Positions 36,620 to 47,846 are shown, counted from the stretch's first letter. The stretch is 64,000 nucleotides of DNA from a bacterium (GCA_043815505.1 JBDRIV010000002.1:502943-566942); one strand, 5' to 3'. Notes: generated from the letters alone by a model not told the origin. Numbers and translations: made by a program.

Positions 36620-37839
36620 AGCTGCTTGTTTATTTCAGCGTAGGCTTTTTCTAATTGTGGGTCTTTATTGCTATTAAAGTCTTCATCACTTAATTCCACC
36701 TCAATTGTGGGATCAATACCAGCTTTATTTATATCTATCCGATTCGGAGTTAACCATTTAGCTACACTAACTCTTAAGGCCCCATCATTATCAAGTGTAT
36801 GTAATTCTTGAACTGTACCTTTGCCAAAAGTCGTTTTTCCAATCAAACTTACATCTCTATTATCAGCTAAAGCACCAGCCAAAATTTCTGCAGCACTGGC
36901 TGAACCCTCATTTATCAAAACTACCATTGGTAAATCTCCCAATCTCATACTGCCATTACTGCGAGAAATTGTTTCTGTATTGTCGGCATATTCTTCTATC
37001 GCCACAATATCATTTTCTTCTAAAAATTCAGAAGCCACTTCTACTGAAACCTGTAATAAACCACCAGAATTATCTCTTAAGTCCAAAATTATTCCTTTAG
37101 GATTTTGAGGTAATATTTGTGAGATTGCTAAATCTAATTCGCCAGTTGTCTTTTCAGCAAACTGGGTTAATTCCATATACACAACGCCATTATTGTTCAT
37201 TTCCCAAGTTACTGATTTAATATCAATTTGATCTCGCATTATGGTAAAATCCTTTTCATCAAAAGAATCTTTTCTGGCAATTGTTAACACAACTTCACTG
37301 CCTTTTTCACCTCTAATTTTTGCTACCGCTTCATATAAACTTAATGAAGTCACATCCTCACCATTAATTTTTTTGATTAGATCGCCGCTAAGCAAACCGG
37401 CTTTTTTAGCAGGAGAATTTTCCAGCGGTGCAATAATGGTTAATTGTTCATTTTTTATTCCAATTTCGGCGCCGATACCTGAAAATTTGCCGTCAATTTC
37501 ATTTTGAAACTCTTTGGCTTCATCGGGATTCATATAAAGCGTATAGGGATCGTCCAACGCATAAACCATGCCATTAATGGCACCATCAAGCATAGCACTA
37601 TAATCAAGCGGTTGATCCACATAGCGATCTTCAATTAATTTCCAGACATCCCAAAAGGTATCAAAATTAACTTGTTCCGCTTTATCAGTTAAGCGCCCAG
37701 AAAATATTTGTTTAATATTTCCGTTCTCAATTGTAGTTGTGGCTCGGCCAATAAAAAGTCCGCCAATAAAAACCGCTACCAACACAACTAGGATTGTAAA
37801 ATTAGGTCGTTTTTTATGACGCGGTACAAATTTCTCCAT
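36616..37839 (-). CDS. ctpA: S41-family C-terminal processing peptidase (tail-specific protease)
   Basis: 407 aa. N-terminal TM, PDZ domain (GIGAEIGIKNEQLTIIAPLENSPAKKAGLLSGDLIKKING), catalytic Ser/Lys region (VLINEGSASAAEILAGAL...GKTTFGKGTVQ). Confidence 0.85.
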   Translation of the reverse strand: MEKFVPRHKKRPNFTILVVLVAVFIGGLFIGRATTTIENGNIKQIFSGRLTDKAEQVNFDTFWDVWKLIEDRYVDQPLDYSAMLDGAINGMVYALDDPYTLYMNPDEAKEFQNEIDGKFSGIGAEIGIKNEQLTIIAPLENSPAKKAGLLSGDLIKKINGEDVTSLSLYEAVAKIRGEKGSEVVLTIARKDSFDEKDFTIMRDQIDIKSVTWEMNNNGVVYMELTQFAEKTTGELDLAISQILPQNPKGIILDLRDNSGGLLQVSVEVASEFLEENDIVAIEEYADNTETISRSNGSMRLGDLPMVVLINEGSASAAEILAGALADNRDVSLIGKTTFGKGTVQELHTLDNDGALRVSVAKWLTPNRIDINKAGIDPTIEVELSDEDFNSNKDPQLEKAYAEINKQL

Positions 37840-37847
37840 ATTTTTAT

Positions 37848-39773
37848 TTAGAATTTAACAATAAATTCTTTATCCATTAGTAAATCAGTTGTAAAGGTTA
37901 TCGCTTTACCATCTGAGGTTACTTCCCCACCCTCACCAGAAAATGATTTTATATTTTTAGCGAATTTTAAAGTAATATTTAGAGGAGGATTTATTGTACC
38001 CGGCTGCTTTTGCACTTTTAATTTATATTCACCATCATCAACCATAGCTTTAATCCAATCTGGTAATTCATATTCATAAACTAGATCGCTTTCACTATTT
38101 GTTTCTGTAATAGAGAAGGTTCCATAAGCTGTTTTTCCCAATTCTTCAGTTACTTCATAAGATTCGTCTGTTTCATAATAAGATGGACTTACTTGGTTAC
38201 CAGAAATGTTTAAAAGATTTGACGTTTCCGGAACATATAGTCTATTCCAAGTGCGATAACGAGTTGATTTCCAAGTTAAACCGGCGTTGTTTTTGTAGTG
38301 AATTGTAGCTTTAGCAGTAGGTGTTGAATTGGTAAAATCGGCTTCATAAGCTAATGAACGATCCATAAAAGCATCAGTTTTTAGAGCCGCCATGTTGGCA
38401 TCAACTGACATTAGATAATCTCCGTTTTCACTCTGATCAACCGCACCACCCCAATTATTTTTGTCAATAAATGCTTGTTCTGTATCATTTGTCATATAAA
38501 TCAACATTTGCTTTTCGTGCATAGTATCAAAAACAACTTCTGAAAAATCCAACCACTTTTCTTTTGGTAGCGCAAAAATTGTTTCAATAATTTTGTCAGC
38601 CAGTGGACCAATAATATCTTTTCTTTGTTCCTTGTCTGTACCAGTTAATTTATATTCTCTTTCCACAATAAATTGTAATTGTTCAGTGAAATTTTCGTGA
38701 TTGAAAGTATAACCATCAACTGCCAACTCGCCAGTAAAAGCGAGAAAGTTTTCTATGGCAGTTGGTGTTAAAGCGATTACGCCATCAAATTCTGTTGTTC
38801 CACCCTCAATGTCATAGAAATATAAGGCCTTCTCACTGGAAGTTGGAAAATCAGGTGACCAGTTGGAATCTCTAAATGTCCAAGTGGACATATTAGGATT
38901 AGTTAGAACTCGTAGTTGCCAAGGCGGGGTTTCATTAATATCAGCATCTTTATCAAGATTATAAGTATCATCAGTTGTTAAATCCTTAATTTCGGCACTC
39001 GAAATATTTATTTCTCCATAACTACCGTTAAATCCTCCATCGGGTCGAAGTTCAGTATTATTTTTAAATAAAAACAAATAATGTCGGTCTTCCGGATAAC
39101 CGGCCATGGGCGGTAAAACTTGTGATAAATCAGTTACTATTGTCAAACCCTCCTTTAGAGCTGGTAACTGTTCGTTAATAATATCAAGCGCTTCTTTAAT
39201 TTGTGGCAATAAACCAAAAGTTGAAATGGAATTTATGGTTTCGTCGGCCAATTCAATTTTAGCTACTGCTCGAGTCAAATTGGGTGTGGATTCATAAAAT
39301 TCTTGCATTATTTTATATTTATCTGCTTCAGAAAAATCGGAAAAACTGGCATCTTCTTTTTCTTTAAATGGTTCATACAAATTTTCTACTACATCCACAA
39401 CTTCAATTAGAGCACCAGTTATTTCTTCAGCAGAAACCACCATTCCTTCAGCCGCTTTGATTTGGTTACGCACATAAGGAATAAATTTTAAATAAGATAT
39501 TTTTTGAATATCATTTTTGGTGGCAACAAATTTTTCATTAGCTGCTACCAATTTTTGACCAGCATTATCAAGATCTTGTTTGACCGCTAAGTCTTGCGCT
39601 TCCAACAAAAGATTTTTTCCTGCCAAAGCATTTTTGTAAGCCGATTTTCCAGGACTATAAGCAAAGGCAGAGCTGGCACCAATTAAAACAACCGATACTA
39701 CAATTATCCAAATTGTTATTTTTCGAGCTTTGGAAAATTTACTATTGGTAGGATTTATTTTTCTAGTTTTCAT
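37848..39773 (-). CDS. DUF4012 domain membrane-anchored protein (paralog 2)
   Basis: 641 aa. N-terminal TM. Core HYLFLFKNNTELRPDGGFNGSYGEINISSAEIKDL...FDGVIALTPTAIENFLAFTG parallels the 1536..3704 paralog. Confidence 0.7.
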   Translation of the reverse strand: MKTRKINPTNSKFSKARKITIWIIVVSVVLIGASSAFAYSPGKSAYKNALAGKNLLLEAQDLAVKQDLDNAGQKLVAANEKFVATKNDIQKISYLKFIPYVRNQIKAAEGMVVSAEEITGALIEVVDVVENLYEPFKEKEDASFSDFSEADKYKIMQEFYESTPNLTRAVAKIELADETINSISTFGLLPQIKEALDIINEQLPALKEGLTIVTDLSQVLPPMAGYPEDRHYLFLFKNNTELRPDGGFNGSYGEINISSAEIKDLTTDDTYNLDKDADINETPPWQLRVLTNPNMSTWTFRDSNWSPDFPTSSEKALYFYDIEGGTTEFDGVIALTPTAIENFLAFTGELAVDGYTFNHENFTEQLQFIVEREYKLTGTDKEQRKDIIGPLADKIIETIFALPKEKWLDFSEVVFDTMHEKQMLIYMTNDTEQAFIDKNNWGGAVDQSENGDYLMSVDANMAALKTDAFMDRSLAYEADFTNSTPTAKATIHYKNNAGLTWKSTRYRTWNRLYVPETSNLLNISGNQVSPSYYETDESYEVTEELGKTAYGTFSITETNSESDLVYEYELPDWIKAMVDDGEYKLKVQKQPGTINPPLNITLKFAKNIKSFSGEGGEVTSDGKAITFTTDLLMDKEFIVKF

Positions 39774-40671
39774 TGCTATTTAAATTATTGATTTTATTTA
39801 TTAAATCTCTTTCTTCTGCTCTTCTATATTTCCAAAAATATTTAATGGCACTTTTTATATGAATTCTAGTTAATTTATTGAACATCGCTAAAAATAGACT
39901 GCTTTCGGTTGCACTTTCCCGTTGATAGTAATGAACCATGGCAGCATCGGGATAATAATAGACTTTATAACCAGCTCGCCAGAAACGTCGACACCAATCC
40001 ACATCTTCCATATACATAAAAAATCTTTCATCCATTAAACCAACTTTCTTTATTGCTTCACGTTTAGCCATCATAGCGGAACCTAACATCCAAGCCACCG
40101 GACGCGCTTCTGCGTGATTCCAATTTGTTAAGGAAAACTTTTCTAAATTTTTCTTTCCCTTATTTAGATTACCCAACGAGGTACGACGATAAATTATAGT
40201 TTTAATAGTTGTAAAAAAGGAAAAGCATGAAAATTGAATTGTTCCTTTTGGATTAACAAGTTTGGGTGAAACAATTGCCACCTCTTCGTGTTGATCAAGA
40301 AAGGCGGCTAATTTGTTTATAGAATTTTCTAAAACGGTAATATCAGGATTTAAAATCAAAACATATTTACCACTGGAGTTTTTTATTCCTTGATTGACAG
40401 CTTTAGGAAATCCAACATTCTTTTTATTTTTTATTAACTTTACTTCTTTACTAAAATCATCCTCTATCTTTTCTTTTATCTCGTTACGATTTTTATTGTT
40501 AATAGAATTATCAACTACAATAATTTCAAAACTCTCATTCGGTTTGTTTGCTTCTTTGAGAATTGATTTTATACACTGCATTAAAATACCTGGATTTTCA
40601 TAACTAACCAGGATAATAGAAATGCTTTTTTTATCATCTTTCATTTCTGCCATTGCTTTAGTCGGAACCAA
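39763..40671 (-). CDS. Glycosyltransferase family 2 (GT-A)
   Basis: 302 aa. ISIILVSYENPGILMQCIKS..., DxD region, DVDWCRRFWRAGYKVYYYPDAAMVHYY (rhamnosyl/GT2_7-like C-terminus). Confidence 0.8.
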   Translation of the reverse strand: MVPTKAMAEMKDDKKSISIILVSYENPGILMQCIKSILKEANKPNESFEIIVVDNSINNKNRNEIKEKIEDDFSKEVKLIKNKKNVGFPKAVNQGIKNSSGKYVLILNPDITVLENSINKLAAFLDQHEEVAIVSPKLVNPKGTIQFSCFSFFTTIKTIIYRRTSLGNLNKGKKNLEKFSLTNWNHAEARPVAWMLGSAMMAKREAIKKVGLMDERFFMYMEDVDWCRRFWRAGYKVYYYPDAAMVHYYQRESATESSLFLAMFNKLTRIHIKSAIKYFWKYRRAEERDLINKINNLNSNEN

Positions 40672-40707
40672 TTACAAGTAGAGATTTATAGATATAAAAT
40701 ATCAATT

Positions 40708-42207
40708 TTAGCCTTCTTTGTCAAAATGCCCTGCTGGTTTAATTAGAGCCATGGCCGAAGCTATTATAATTAGACCAATTCCTATAGGGTGATTCAAATA
40801 AGGAGTAAAAAAATTAAGAATTAACAGACAAACTAGACTTAAGAAAATACCTGTATAGAGATAAGAATTTAACATTTTATGCCAAATATTTTTGGCAATA
40901 AACATAAGGTAAGCCAAATAAGCTAACAGTCCAATAAAACCAAATTCAACTATCATGTCTAAATACGTCCACTCCAAAGAATAAGTTTCAATTTGATCCG
41001 TACCGTTTAAATCTATATAACGCAAGTCGCTCGTTGTGTAAGCCGTTTTGGTGCCAAAACCTTGTCCGATTATGGGATTAACTTTTACATTTTCCATTAA
41101 CGGATTCCATAAACTCCATCTACTTCTGGCAGCTGCTTCGGAATCTAAATCTGATGTTCTGTCACTTAATAAATTGATAGCAGAAAAATCCTGTCCCCCA
41201 CCAAGAGGTAGTGGAAATTTAACAACAATGGTTAGAAATATAACAGCTATAATGGCCGATAAAGTTAACCAAGATAAATATTTTATTATTCTTTTTAGCT
41301 CAATTCTTTGTATCAGCAATAATATAATTGCTATTGCAATTGTTCCAACTAATCCCATCCAAAAACTTCTGGATAATCCAATAATAATTATAAAACTGTT
41401 CAGGGTGAGCATTATGTAAGCAGATGAAAAATATTTGGCTGACCTAATTTTTTCCTGTGGCCAAAGATAAGCCACTAAAATAAACCAAGCTACAATATTA
41501 AACAAATGTGATTGAAAAAATATACGGTAAAAACCATGACCGTAATTAGTTATCTCACCAACGCCAGTGTCTCTTATCCATTTATACAAACCCGCCATAG
41601 TTTCGGTGAAACCATGAGAAAAAGTATACAAAACTAAAGTAGTTTCAATGGCGACGGCGGTAGTGGCAAAAAGTAAATAACGCACTACTTTTTCCAGTTT
41701 TTTCTTGTTATTAATTTCCGCCACCGCCATTGGCACTAGTCCTAAAAACAAATAACCGTTAGCATCCAAAAAGATATCAATTAAAGGATTATTATTTATA
41801 TAAGCTATTAACACTCCCCAACCAATAGCTAAAATTGTCAGCCAATAATAGATTCCGATTTTTTTAGTAAATACAGGATTTTTAAAAATGGCTGAGTGGT
41901 TTTTTAGCAATGAAATTATTATCCAGGCTGCAAGGACAGTTAAAAATATTCCTAGGCGCAAGGAAATTTTTGTGCCGAGCAATTCTGCAAAAAACAAATA
42001 ACCCTTTCCCCCAATAATTAATTCAAATAAAACTATTAGCAATCCGTAAAGTGGTTTATATAAGGTAAAAATTGCTGTCAGAATTAAAACTATCCAAAAT
42101 ACCGTTTGATTTATCAGCAAATTTGAAATCCCCCACAACGAAAACGCTTCCACTAGAGCCCAAGCAATTAAAACATAAAAGAATTCTTTGCCAAAAATAT
42201 TTTTCAT
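40708..42207 (-). CDS. Polytopic membrane protein, O-antigen ligase/polymerase (Wzy_C)-like
   Basis: 499 aa with at least 10 TM helices and a large extracytoplasmic loop near the C-terminal third, the usual topology of O-antigen ligase/Wzy proteins. No unambiguous motif. Confidence 0.45.
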   Translation of the reverse strand: MKNIFGKEFFYVLIAWALVEAFSLWGISNLLINQTVFWIVLILTAIFTLYKPLYGLLIVLFELIIGGKGYLFFAELLGTKISLRLGIFLTVLAAWIIISLLKNHSAIFKNPVFTKKIGIYYWLTILAIGWGVLIAYINNNPLIDIFLDANGYLFLGLVPMAVAEINNKKKLEKVVRYLLFATTAVAIETTLVLYTFSHGFTETMAGLYKWIRDTGVGEITNYGHGFYRIFFQSHLFNIVAWFILVAYLWPQEKIRSAKYFSSAYIMLTLNSFIIIIGLSRSFWMGLVGTIAIAIILLLIQRIELKRIIKYLSWLTLSAIIAVIFLTIVVKFPLPLGGGQDFSAINLLSDRTSDLDSEAAARSRWSLWNPLMENVKVNPIIGQGFGTKTAYTTSDLRYIDLNGTDQIETYSLEWTYLDMIVEFGFIGLLAYLAYLMFIAKNIWHKMLNSYLYTGIFLSLVCLLILNFFTPYLNHPIGIGLIIIASAMALIKPAGHFDKEG

Positions 42208-43091
42208 TTATTTTTATCTCGTTTAATTGTTTTGAAAGTTTCTATTAAATTTACAACTAGGGCCAAGAATAAACTTAGGGGCGCCAAGAATAAAATAATA
42301 TTCTTTTCACTTCCTTGACCATGTTTTTTAAAATATTTGTATAAGCTATTCAAATAAATATATTGTTTTTTGACCGCGGGCAATTTAGCAAAGCTTTCTC
42401 CTTTTTGGTGCAGGATTGAGGTGCCAGCTAAATACATAATTTTTAAACCCTTGTCTTTAGCTCGTTTACAGAAATCTACTTCTTCAAACCAGAGAAAATA
42501 ATTTTCATCAAACTGACCAATTTTTTCAATGGCAGTTTGGGAAATTAAGAAAGCTGCTCCCATTACTTGATCAACACTATCAGAATAATCATAATCAAAA
42601 CTTTTGGCTAAATAATTTTTAATAGCTTTTAGTTTAAATAATTGATGAAGCTTTAATAAAATTAAACTTTGGGATTTGATATCAGGAAATCTTCTGACCG
42701 ATTCTTGAATACTGCCGTCGTAATTTAAAATCTTACATCCGGCCACGCCCAAATTTTTAATATCTTTGGCTTGATCAATAAAACTGCGCAAGGTATTTTC
42801 ATCAGGAATTAAAACATCAGGATTTAGAAGTAAAATATATTCACCTTTGGCTTTACCAATTCCCTGATTAACGGCCGTAGCAAAACCAAAATTAACTTTG
42901 TTATGAATGATATAACTTTGTGGCCAACGCTTTCCCACTTCCCAGATATCACAATCCATGGAATTATTATCGACAATAATAATTTCGAAATCAATGTTTT
43001 TAGTTTTTTCTACAATAGATTTTATACACTTATTCAATTCCCGACTGACATTCCAGTTAACAATAATTATGGAAAGTTCTTTATTCATCAA
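42204..43091 (-). CDS. Glycosyltransferase family 2 (GT-A)
   Basis: 295 aa. LSIIIVNWNVSRELNKCIKSI..., DNNSMD and LLLNPDV (DxD-type) motifs. C-terminal TM. Confidence 0.8.
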   Translation of the reverse strand: MMNKELSIIIVNWNVSRELNKCIKSIVEKTKNIDFEIIIVDNNSMDCDIWEVGKRWPQSYIIHNKVNFGFATAVNQGIGKAKGEYILLLNPDVLIPDENTLRSFIDQAKDIKNLGVAGCKILNYDGSIQESVRRFPDIKSQSLILLKLHQLFKLKAIKNYLAKSFDYDYSDSVDQVMGAAFLISQTAIEKIGQFDENYFLWFEEVDFCKRAKDKGLKIMYLAGTSILHQKGESFAKLPAVKKQYIYLNSLYKYFKKHGQGSEKNIILFLAPLSLFLALVVNLIETFKTIKRDKNK

Positions 43092-44226
43092 TTTTATCTA
43101 ATACTTCTTGTTTAAATTTGCTTAGAAGTGTTTCCCATTGTAATTCGTTTTCGGCGCGTAACTTTCCGTTTAAAGCTAATTTATTTCTTAATTCGTCGTT
43201 TTGCAGAATTTCAATAATTTTATCAGCGATTTCTGCTTCATTTTCCGGATCAACCAAAATTCCTGTCTTACCATCCAAAATTGCGTCAGCTGTTCCCCCA
43301 CCGCGTCCGCCAATTACCGCTTTGCCATAAATATTGGCTTCCACATAAACCATGCCAAATCCTTCCACATCATCTTTGATGGGACGCGATGCTAAAATTA
43401 ATATGTCGCAAGCAGAATAATATTTCGCTAAATCTTCATCACTCACTTTACCGGCAAAAATAACCTTGTCTTCTAAATTGTTTTCTTTTACTAATTTAAC
43501 TAAATTTTCTTTATTTTCACCATCTCCCACAATAACATATTTAGCTTGAGGAATTGTTTCTAAAACTTTTTTCAGGGCAGAAATTACTTTGTCATGTCCT
43601 TTTCTAGCCATCAACCTAGCTACTGTTAAAATTATTTTGTCATCCTTATTTAAATTCAGTTCACTTCTAGCTTCATCTTGGTTCCAGATTTTTTCTGGTT
43701 GCGATACTCCCGGCCACAGTTTATATATTTTTTCTTCTGGTACAGAAAATTTCATAATTTCCTTTTTGGTAAATTCACTTATGGTTATAATTTTCTCGGC
43801 TTGAGCAAAAACTTTTTTTGATAACCAACTTTTGTCTCGAGCGTGATGTAGCAGAGTTACGTCCATACCATAGGTAAAAATAATATAGGGAATTCCGAAA
43901 AGTTTCTTGGCAAAATAGGCGGCGGCTCCTAAGGGATGAATTTGACCAGCATAAATAATGTCGGGCTTCTTTATAATTACCAATTTTAAGGTATGCCAAA
44001 GCAAGGGAATAAATCTCGGTTTAGGCCATCTCTTACTATTCAGGAATTTCTTTCTTACTATTTTGTAAGGCTCTTGTTTATCAAACTCTTTGCAATTTTT
44101 GAACGGAGGTACTAAAATAGTCAGTTCTTCTTTATCTTTTAAGAAATGACTGAAATTGTAGAGAGAATTCTCTATACCACCCACTTGTGGTGGGTAGAAA
44201 AATGTTACTAATAGGCTTTTCTTCAT
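43081..44226 (-). CDS. Glycosyltransferase family 4 (GT-B)
   Basis: 381 aa. EGFGMVYVEANIYGKAVIGGRGGGTADAI is the EX7E motif. Confidence 0.8.
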   Translation of the reverse strand: MKKSLLVTFFYPPQVGGIENSLYNFSHFLKDKEELTILVPPFKNCKEFDKQEPYKIVRKKFLNSKRWPKPRFIPLLWHTLKLVIIKKPDIIYAGQIHPLGAAAYFAKKLFGIPYIIFTYGMDVTLLHHARDKSWLSKKVFAQAEKIITISEFTKKEIMKFSVPEEKIYKLWPGVSQPEKIWNQDEARSELNLNKDDKIILTVARLMARKGHDKVISALKKVLETIPQAKYVIVGDGENKENLVKLVKENNLEDKVIFAGKVSDEDLAKYYSACDILILASRPIKDDVEGFGMVYVEANIYGKAVIGGRGGGTADAILDGKTGILVDPENEAEIADKIIEILQNDELRNKLALNGKLRAENELQWETLLSKFKQEVLDKIDE

Positions 44227-44377
44227 TGGATGTTTTATAGAAATTCCTTTATATTATAGCAGAAATATACATTTTTGCTTTGATTGAGGCTTATTAACAG
44301 ACGTGTTATTATAAACTATACTCGGTAGTACAACAAGTTTTTGTACTATTGGGCCGATAAATAATATATTCATTAAG

Positions 44378-45853
44378 TTGTGCTACTGGGATATGTTTAA
44401 AGATATCAAAAAACTGGGTACAGATACAATTATTTACGCTGTTGGTTCAGGTTTACAAAGCCTGATCAATTTTTTGCTAATTCCCTTATACACCAGAAAT
44501 CTGGATACGGCCGATTATGGACGTTTGGAGCTTCTAAACACCGTGTTGGCAGTTTTAAATATGATTTTTTTAATCGGGATGGCTTCAGCAATAATTAAAG
44601 TCGCCAACCGCGATACAAAATCTGATGATCACAAAAAAATTGCCAGTGGTACTGCTTTCATTTTTGTTGTTCCAATTACAATTATTTTCACTGTTTTAGC
44701 TTGGTTTAAAGCGACCGAACTGGCAGAATTGGTTTTAGGAAATGCTGAACTTGTTAATTTGGTAAAACTGCTACTGCTGGCCAATGCAGTTATGATTCCT
44801 GAAACTATCTTCTTTTCCACTCTCAGAAGTCAGGATAGAGCCAAAATTTATTCTTCTCTGTGGATTGTTAGAGCGTTTGTTATCTTAGGTCTAAATAGTT
44901 ATTTCTTGATAGTCCAAAAAATGGGTATAGCCGGAATTTTAACCGGTAATTTAATTGCTCACTTTTTAATTCTGATCGTTTTCTTTTTATTTGTTAATAG
45001 AACTGTAAAATTTAAATGGGACAATTTTCTTTTTCGCAAACTTATAAAATTTGGTTTGCCAATAATTCCTGCGTCGCTAGCAATGTGGATTATGGATTTA
45101 TCCGATCGCTATTTTCTAAAACACTATTTTGATTTCACCGAAGTCGGGATTTATTCTCTGGGTTATAAACTTGGATTCTTTTTGTCTGTAGTTTTGGTTA
45201 CACCTTTTCAAATGGCTTGGCCCACAATCTCCTATCGCTTGGCCAATGAACCCGACAGCAAAAAAACTTTTGCCAGAATTTTTACTTACTTCTTTTTGTT
45301 GGCCTCAGCGGCCGCGCTGGGAATTTCTATTTTTGATGAAGCCTTAATTACCATTATGTCACCGGCCGAATATATTACGGCTGCCACCATTGTTCCACTA
45401 GTTGCTTTTTCTTATGTCTTTTATGGTTTGCATTTTGTGCTGGCCCAAGGAATTCATATTGTTGAAAAAACTAAATATTATCCGTGGGTAATAATTATTC
45501 CGGCAGTACTAAACTTTGGTTTAAACTATTTCTTTGTTCCTCGTTTTGGTATGATGGGAGCAGCCATTACCACCATCATCTCTTTTGCCATTGTAATATT
45601 TCTTACCTATCTTGTGGCCAATAAGTACTATCCTGTTAAACAGGAATGGCTGCGTTTGTTTAAAATCGTAATTGCCGTTATAATTCCACTAATAATCTCT
45701 TATTTTCTGCCCACCGCTCTGCTTTCAAACATCTTGACAGGAGTGTTAATATTTGGTCTATTTATATTATTACTGTTTGTATTTGGATTTTTCAATAAAG
45801 AAGAGTTTGCCCAACTAAAAGGTTTAAGATCAATGTTTAAAAAAGCCAAATGA
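44378..45853 (+). CDS. Oligosaccharide flippase (Wzx-like, MOP superfamily polysaccharide biosynthesis protein)
   Basis: 491 aa with 12-14 TM helices. N-terminus TDTIIYAVGSGLQSLINFLLIPLYTRNL is typical of Polysacc_synt/Wzx. The real start is possibly ATG 44393. Confidence 0.6.
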   Translation: MCYWDMFKDIKKLGTDTIIYAVGSGLQSLINFLLIPLYTRNLDTADYGRLELLNTVLAVLNMIFLIGMASAIIKVANRDTKSDDHKKIASGTAFIFVVPITIIFTVLAWFKATELAELVLGNAELVNLVKLLLLANAVMIPETIFFSTLRSQDRAKIYSSLWIVRAFVILGLNSYFLIVQKMGIAGILTGNLIAHFLILIVFFLFVNRTVKFKWDNFLFRKLIKFGLPIIPASLAMWIMDLSDRYFLKHYFDFTEVGIYSLGYKLGFFLSVVLVTPFQMAWPTISYRLANEPDSKKTFARIFTYFFLLASAAALGISIFDEALITIMSPAEYITAATIVPLVAFSYVFYGLHFVLAQGIHIVEKTKYYPWVIIIPAVLNFGLNYFFVPRFGMMGAAITTIISFAIVIFLTYLVANKYYPVKQEWLRLFKIVIAVIIPLIISYFLPTALLSNILTGVLIFGLFILLLFVFGFFNKEEFAQLKGLRSMFKKAK

Positions 45854-46794
45854 AATTAATTGTAACCATACCAGCTTATAACGAAGAGCAAACTATTGCT
45901 CAGGTCATAAAGGAAATTCCTAGAACCATAGAAGGAATTGCTGAAGTTTTAGTTTTGGTTTTAAATGATGGTTCAACCGACAGAACAGCAGAGATGGCCA
46001 AGGCGGCGGGAGCAGATTTTATATTTTCCCACAAAACCAATGAAGGCTTAGCCCGAACTTTTTCTGATGCCATAAATAAAGCTTTAGAGCACGGAGCCGA
46101 CATTATTGTAAATACCGACGCTGACAATCATTACGATCAGTCTCGTTTGGAAGAACTGGTACAACCCATACTTAATAAAAAAGCGGATATTGTGGTTTCA
46201 AATCGTGATATTAAAAATCTAAAGGAGATGCCTTTAGTAAATCGCCTAGGAAATGCTTTAGGAAGTTTCTTTGTAACAAGACTTACTGGTTTGCCTAAAG
46301 ATATTGATGTCTCCAGTGGTTATCGTGCTTATGCCAGGTCCGCCGCTATGAAAATAAATATAATTTCTACTCACACCTATGCACACGAATCCTTAATTCA
46401 AGCCAAGAATAATAATTTAATTATCAAATCTGTCACCATTCCCGCCCGCGCCGTCAAACGCAAATCTCGCCTTATCAGAAACGTCCCTTCTCACATCACC
46501 TCCTCACTTATTACTATCCTAAAAACCTTTGCTATTTATCGTCCTTTGCGGGTGATGTTGTTTTTAGGCAGTATTCTATTTTTCTTTGGATTAATTGGTT
46601 TTGGTCGCTTCTTATATTTTTATTATACCGAGGGTGGCGATGGTCACATTCAATCACTTATTTTATCGGCGGTTTTAGTTATCGTTGGTTTTCAGGTCAG
46701 TATTATGGGTCTGGTTTCGTCAGCTATTGGTTATAATCGCAAAATTTTAGAAGATATTTCCACCAAGCTTAAACAAAACAAGTACGATCGATGA
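45850..46794 (+). CDS. GT2 polyprenol-phosphate glycosyltransferase (DPM1/GtrB/ArnC-like) with C-terminal TM helices
   Basis: 314 aa. KLIVTIPAYNEEQTIAQVI...VLNDGSTDRTAEMA, DADNHYD (DxD), and two C-terminal TM helices as in GtrB/ArnC. Confidence 0.8.
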   Translation: MKLIVTIPAYNEEQTIAQVIKEIPRTIEGIAEVLVLVLNDGSTDRTAEMAKAAGADFIFSHKTNEGLARTFSDAINKALEHGADIIVNTDADNHYDQSRLEELVQPILNKKADIVVSNRDIKNLKEMPLVNRLGNALGSFFVTRLTGLPKDIDVSSGYRAYARSAAMKINIISTHTYAHESLIQAKNNNLIIKSVTIPARAVKRKSRLIRNVPSHITSSLITILKTFAIYRPLRVMLFLGSILFFFGLIGFGRFLYFYYTEGGDGHIQSLILSAVLVIVGFQVSIMGLVSSAIGYNRKILEDISTKLKQNKYDR

Positions 46795-47846
46795 AAGTTT
46801 TATTCATAGCCCGCACTTTTTCCGATGCACCTGGAGGTATGCAACAGGTGTCTCGTAACTTGCTTGAAAATTTACCGGTTGAAAAAATAAGTATTTTAAA
46901 TAAATCAGTTAGTCGTCTATCTTTAGTATGGTTTTTGCCATATTCTTTTTTTATGGGATTAATTTTTGGAGCTTCGGTGGATTTGATTTATTTAACAGAT
47001 GGTGTGATGGCGCCAGTGGGAAGACTACTGGGGAAAATTTATGGAAAACCGGTGGTGGCGACCATGCATGGTTTAGAATTAACTTACAATAACTGGTTCT
47101 ATAATTTATTTGTGAAAAGATCTTTTGCCAAGCTCACAAAAATAATTTGTGTTAGTAATTTTACCAAAAGCTTGTGTTTACAAAACGGCATAGCAGAAGA
47201 TAAATTAATAACTATTCCTTCTGGTTATTCAAAAATAAAATTGTACGAAAAAAATGAATGTCGTCAGAGATTAATTTCTGATAATATTGATTTAAAAGAT
47301 CACTTCACCTTAATAACAGTTGGTCGCTTGGTAAAACGCAAAGGTGTTTTATGGTTTCTGCAAAATGTTTTTCCTAAACTTGGGCCAGATATGAAATATT
47401 TAATTATTGGCGATGGTCCAGAACACGAAAGCATCCGCAAATTCATCTGGCAGGAAAAATTAAAAAATAGGGTTTATTTAATAAAAAATTGTAGTAATAC
47501 AAAAAGAGATATTTTATTGTCAGCCGCCGATCTATTTCTAATGCCAAATATTAAAGTAGCTGGTGACGTTGAGGGTTTTGGATTAGTAGCGCTAGAAGCC
47601 GCTTTAACTCTAAAACCAATTGTGGCATCAGCTGTTGACGGTTTAACATCAGCTGTCAGTGACCAAATGGGAATCTTGTGTCCAGAGAAAGACACCACCT
47701 GCTTTGTAAATAGTATTAATAAATTTCTAAACGAAGAATACTATGATCAGTTTGCTCGGTCAGCCTATAATTACGTTAAAACTACTTATACTTGGGAAAA
47801 AACTATCAATAACTATCTGAATTGTTTTAAGGAGGTAATTTTATGA
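46791..47846 (+). CDS. Glycosyltransferase family 4
   Basis: 351 aa. GDGPEHESIRKFI... and VEGFGLVALEAALTLKPIVASAVDGL. Confidence 0.75.
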   Translation: MKVLFIARTFSDAPGGMQQVSRNLLENLPVEKISILNKSVSRLSLVWFLPYSFFMGLIFGASVDLIYLTDGVMAPVGRLLGKIYGKPVVATMHGLELTYNNWFYNLFVKRSFAKLTKIICVSNFTKSLCLQNGIAEDKLITIPSGYSKIKLYEKNECRQRLISDNIDLKDHFTLITVGRLVKRKGVLWFLQNVFPKLGPDMKYLIIGDGPEHESIRKFIWQEKLKNRVYLIKNCSNTKRDILLSAADLFLMPNIKVAGDVEGFGLVALEAALTLKPIVASAVDGLTSAVSDQMGILCPEKDTTCFVNSINKFLNEEYYDQFARSAYNYVKTTYTWEKTINNYLNCFKEVIL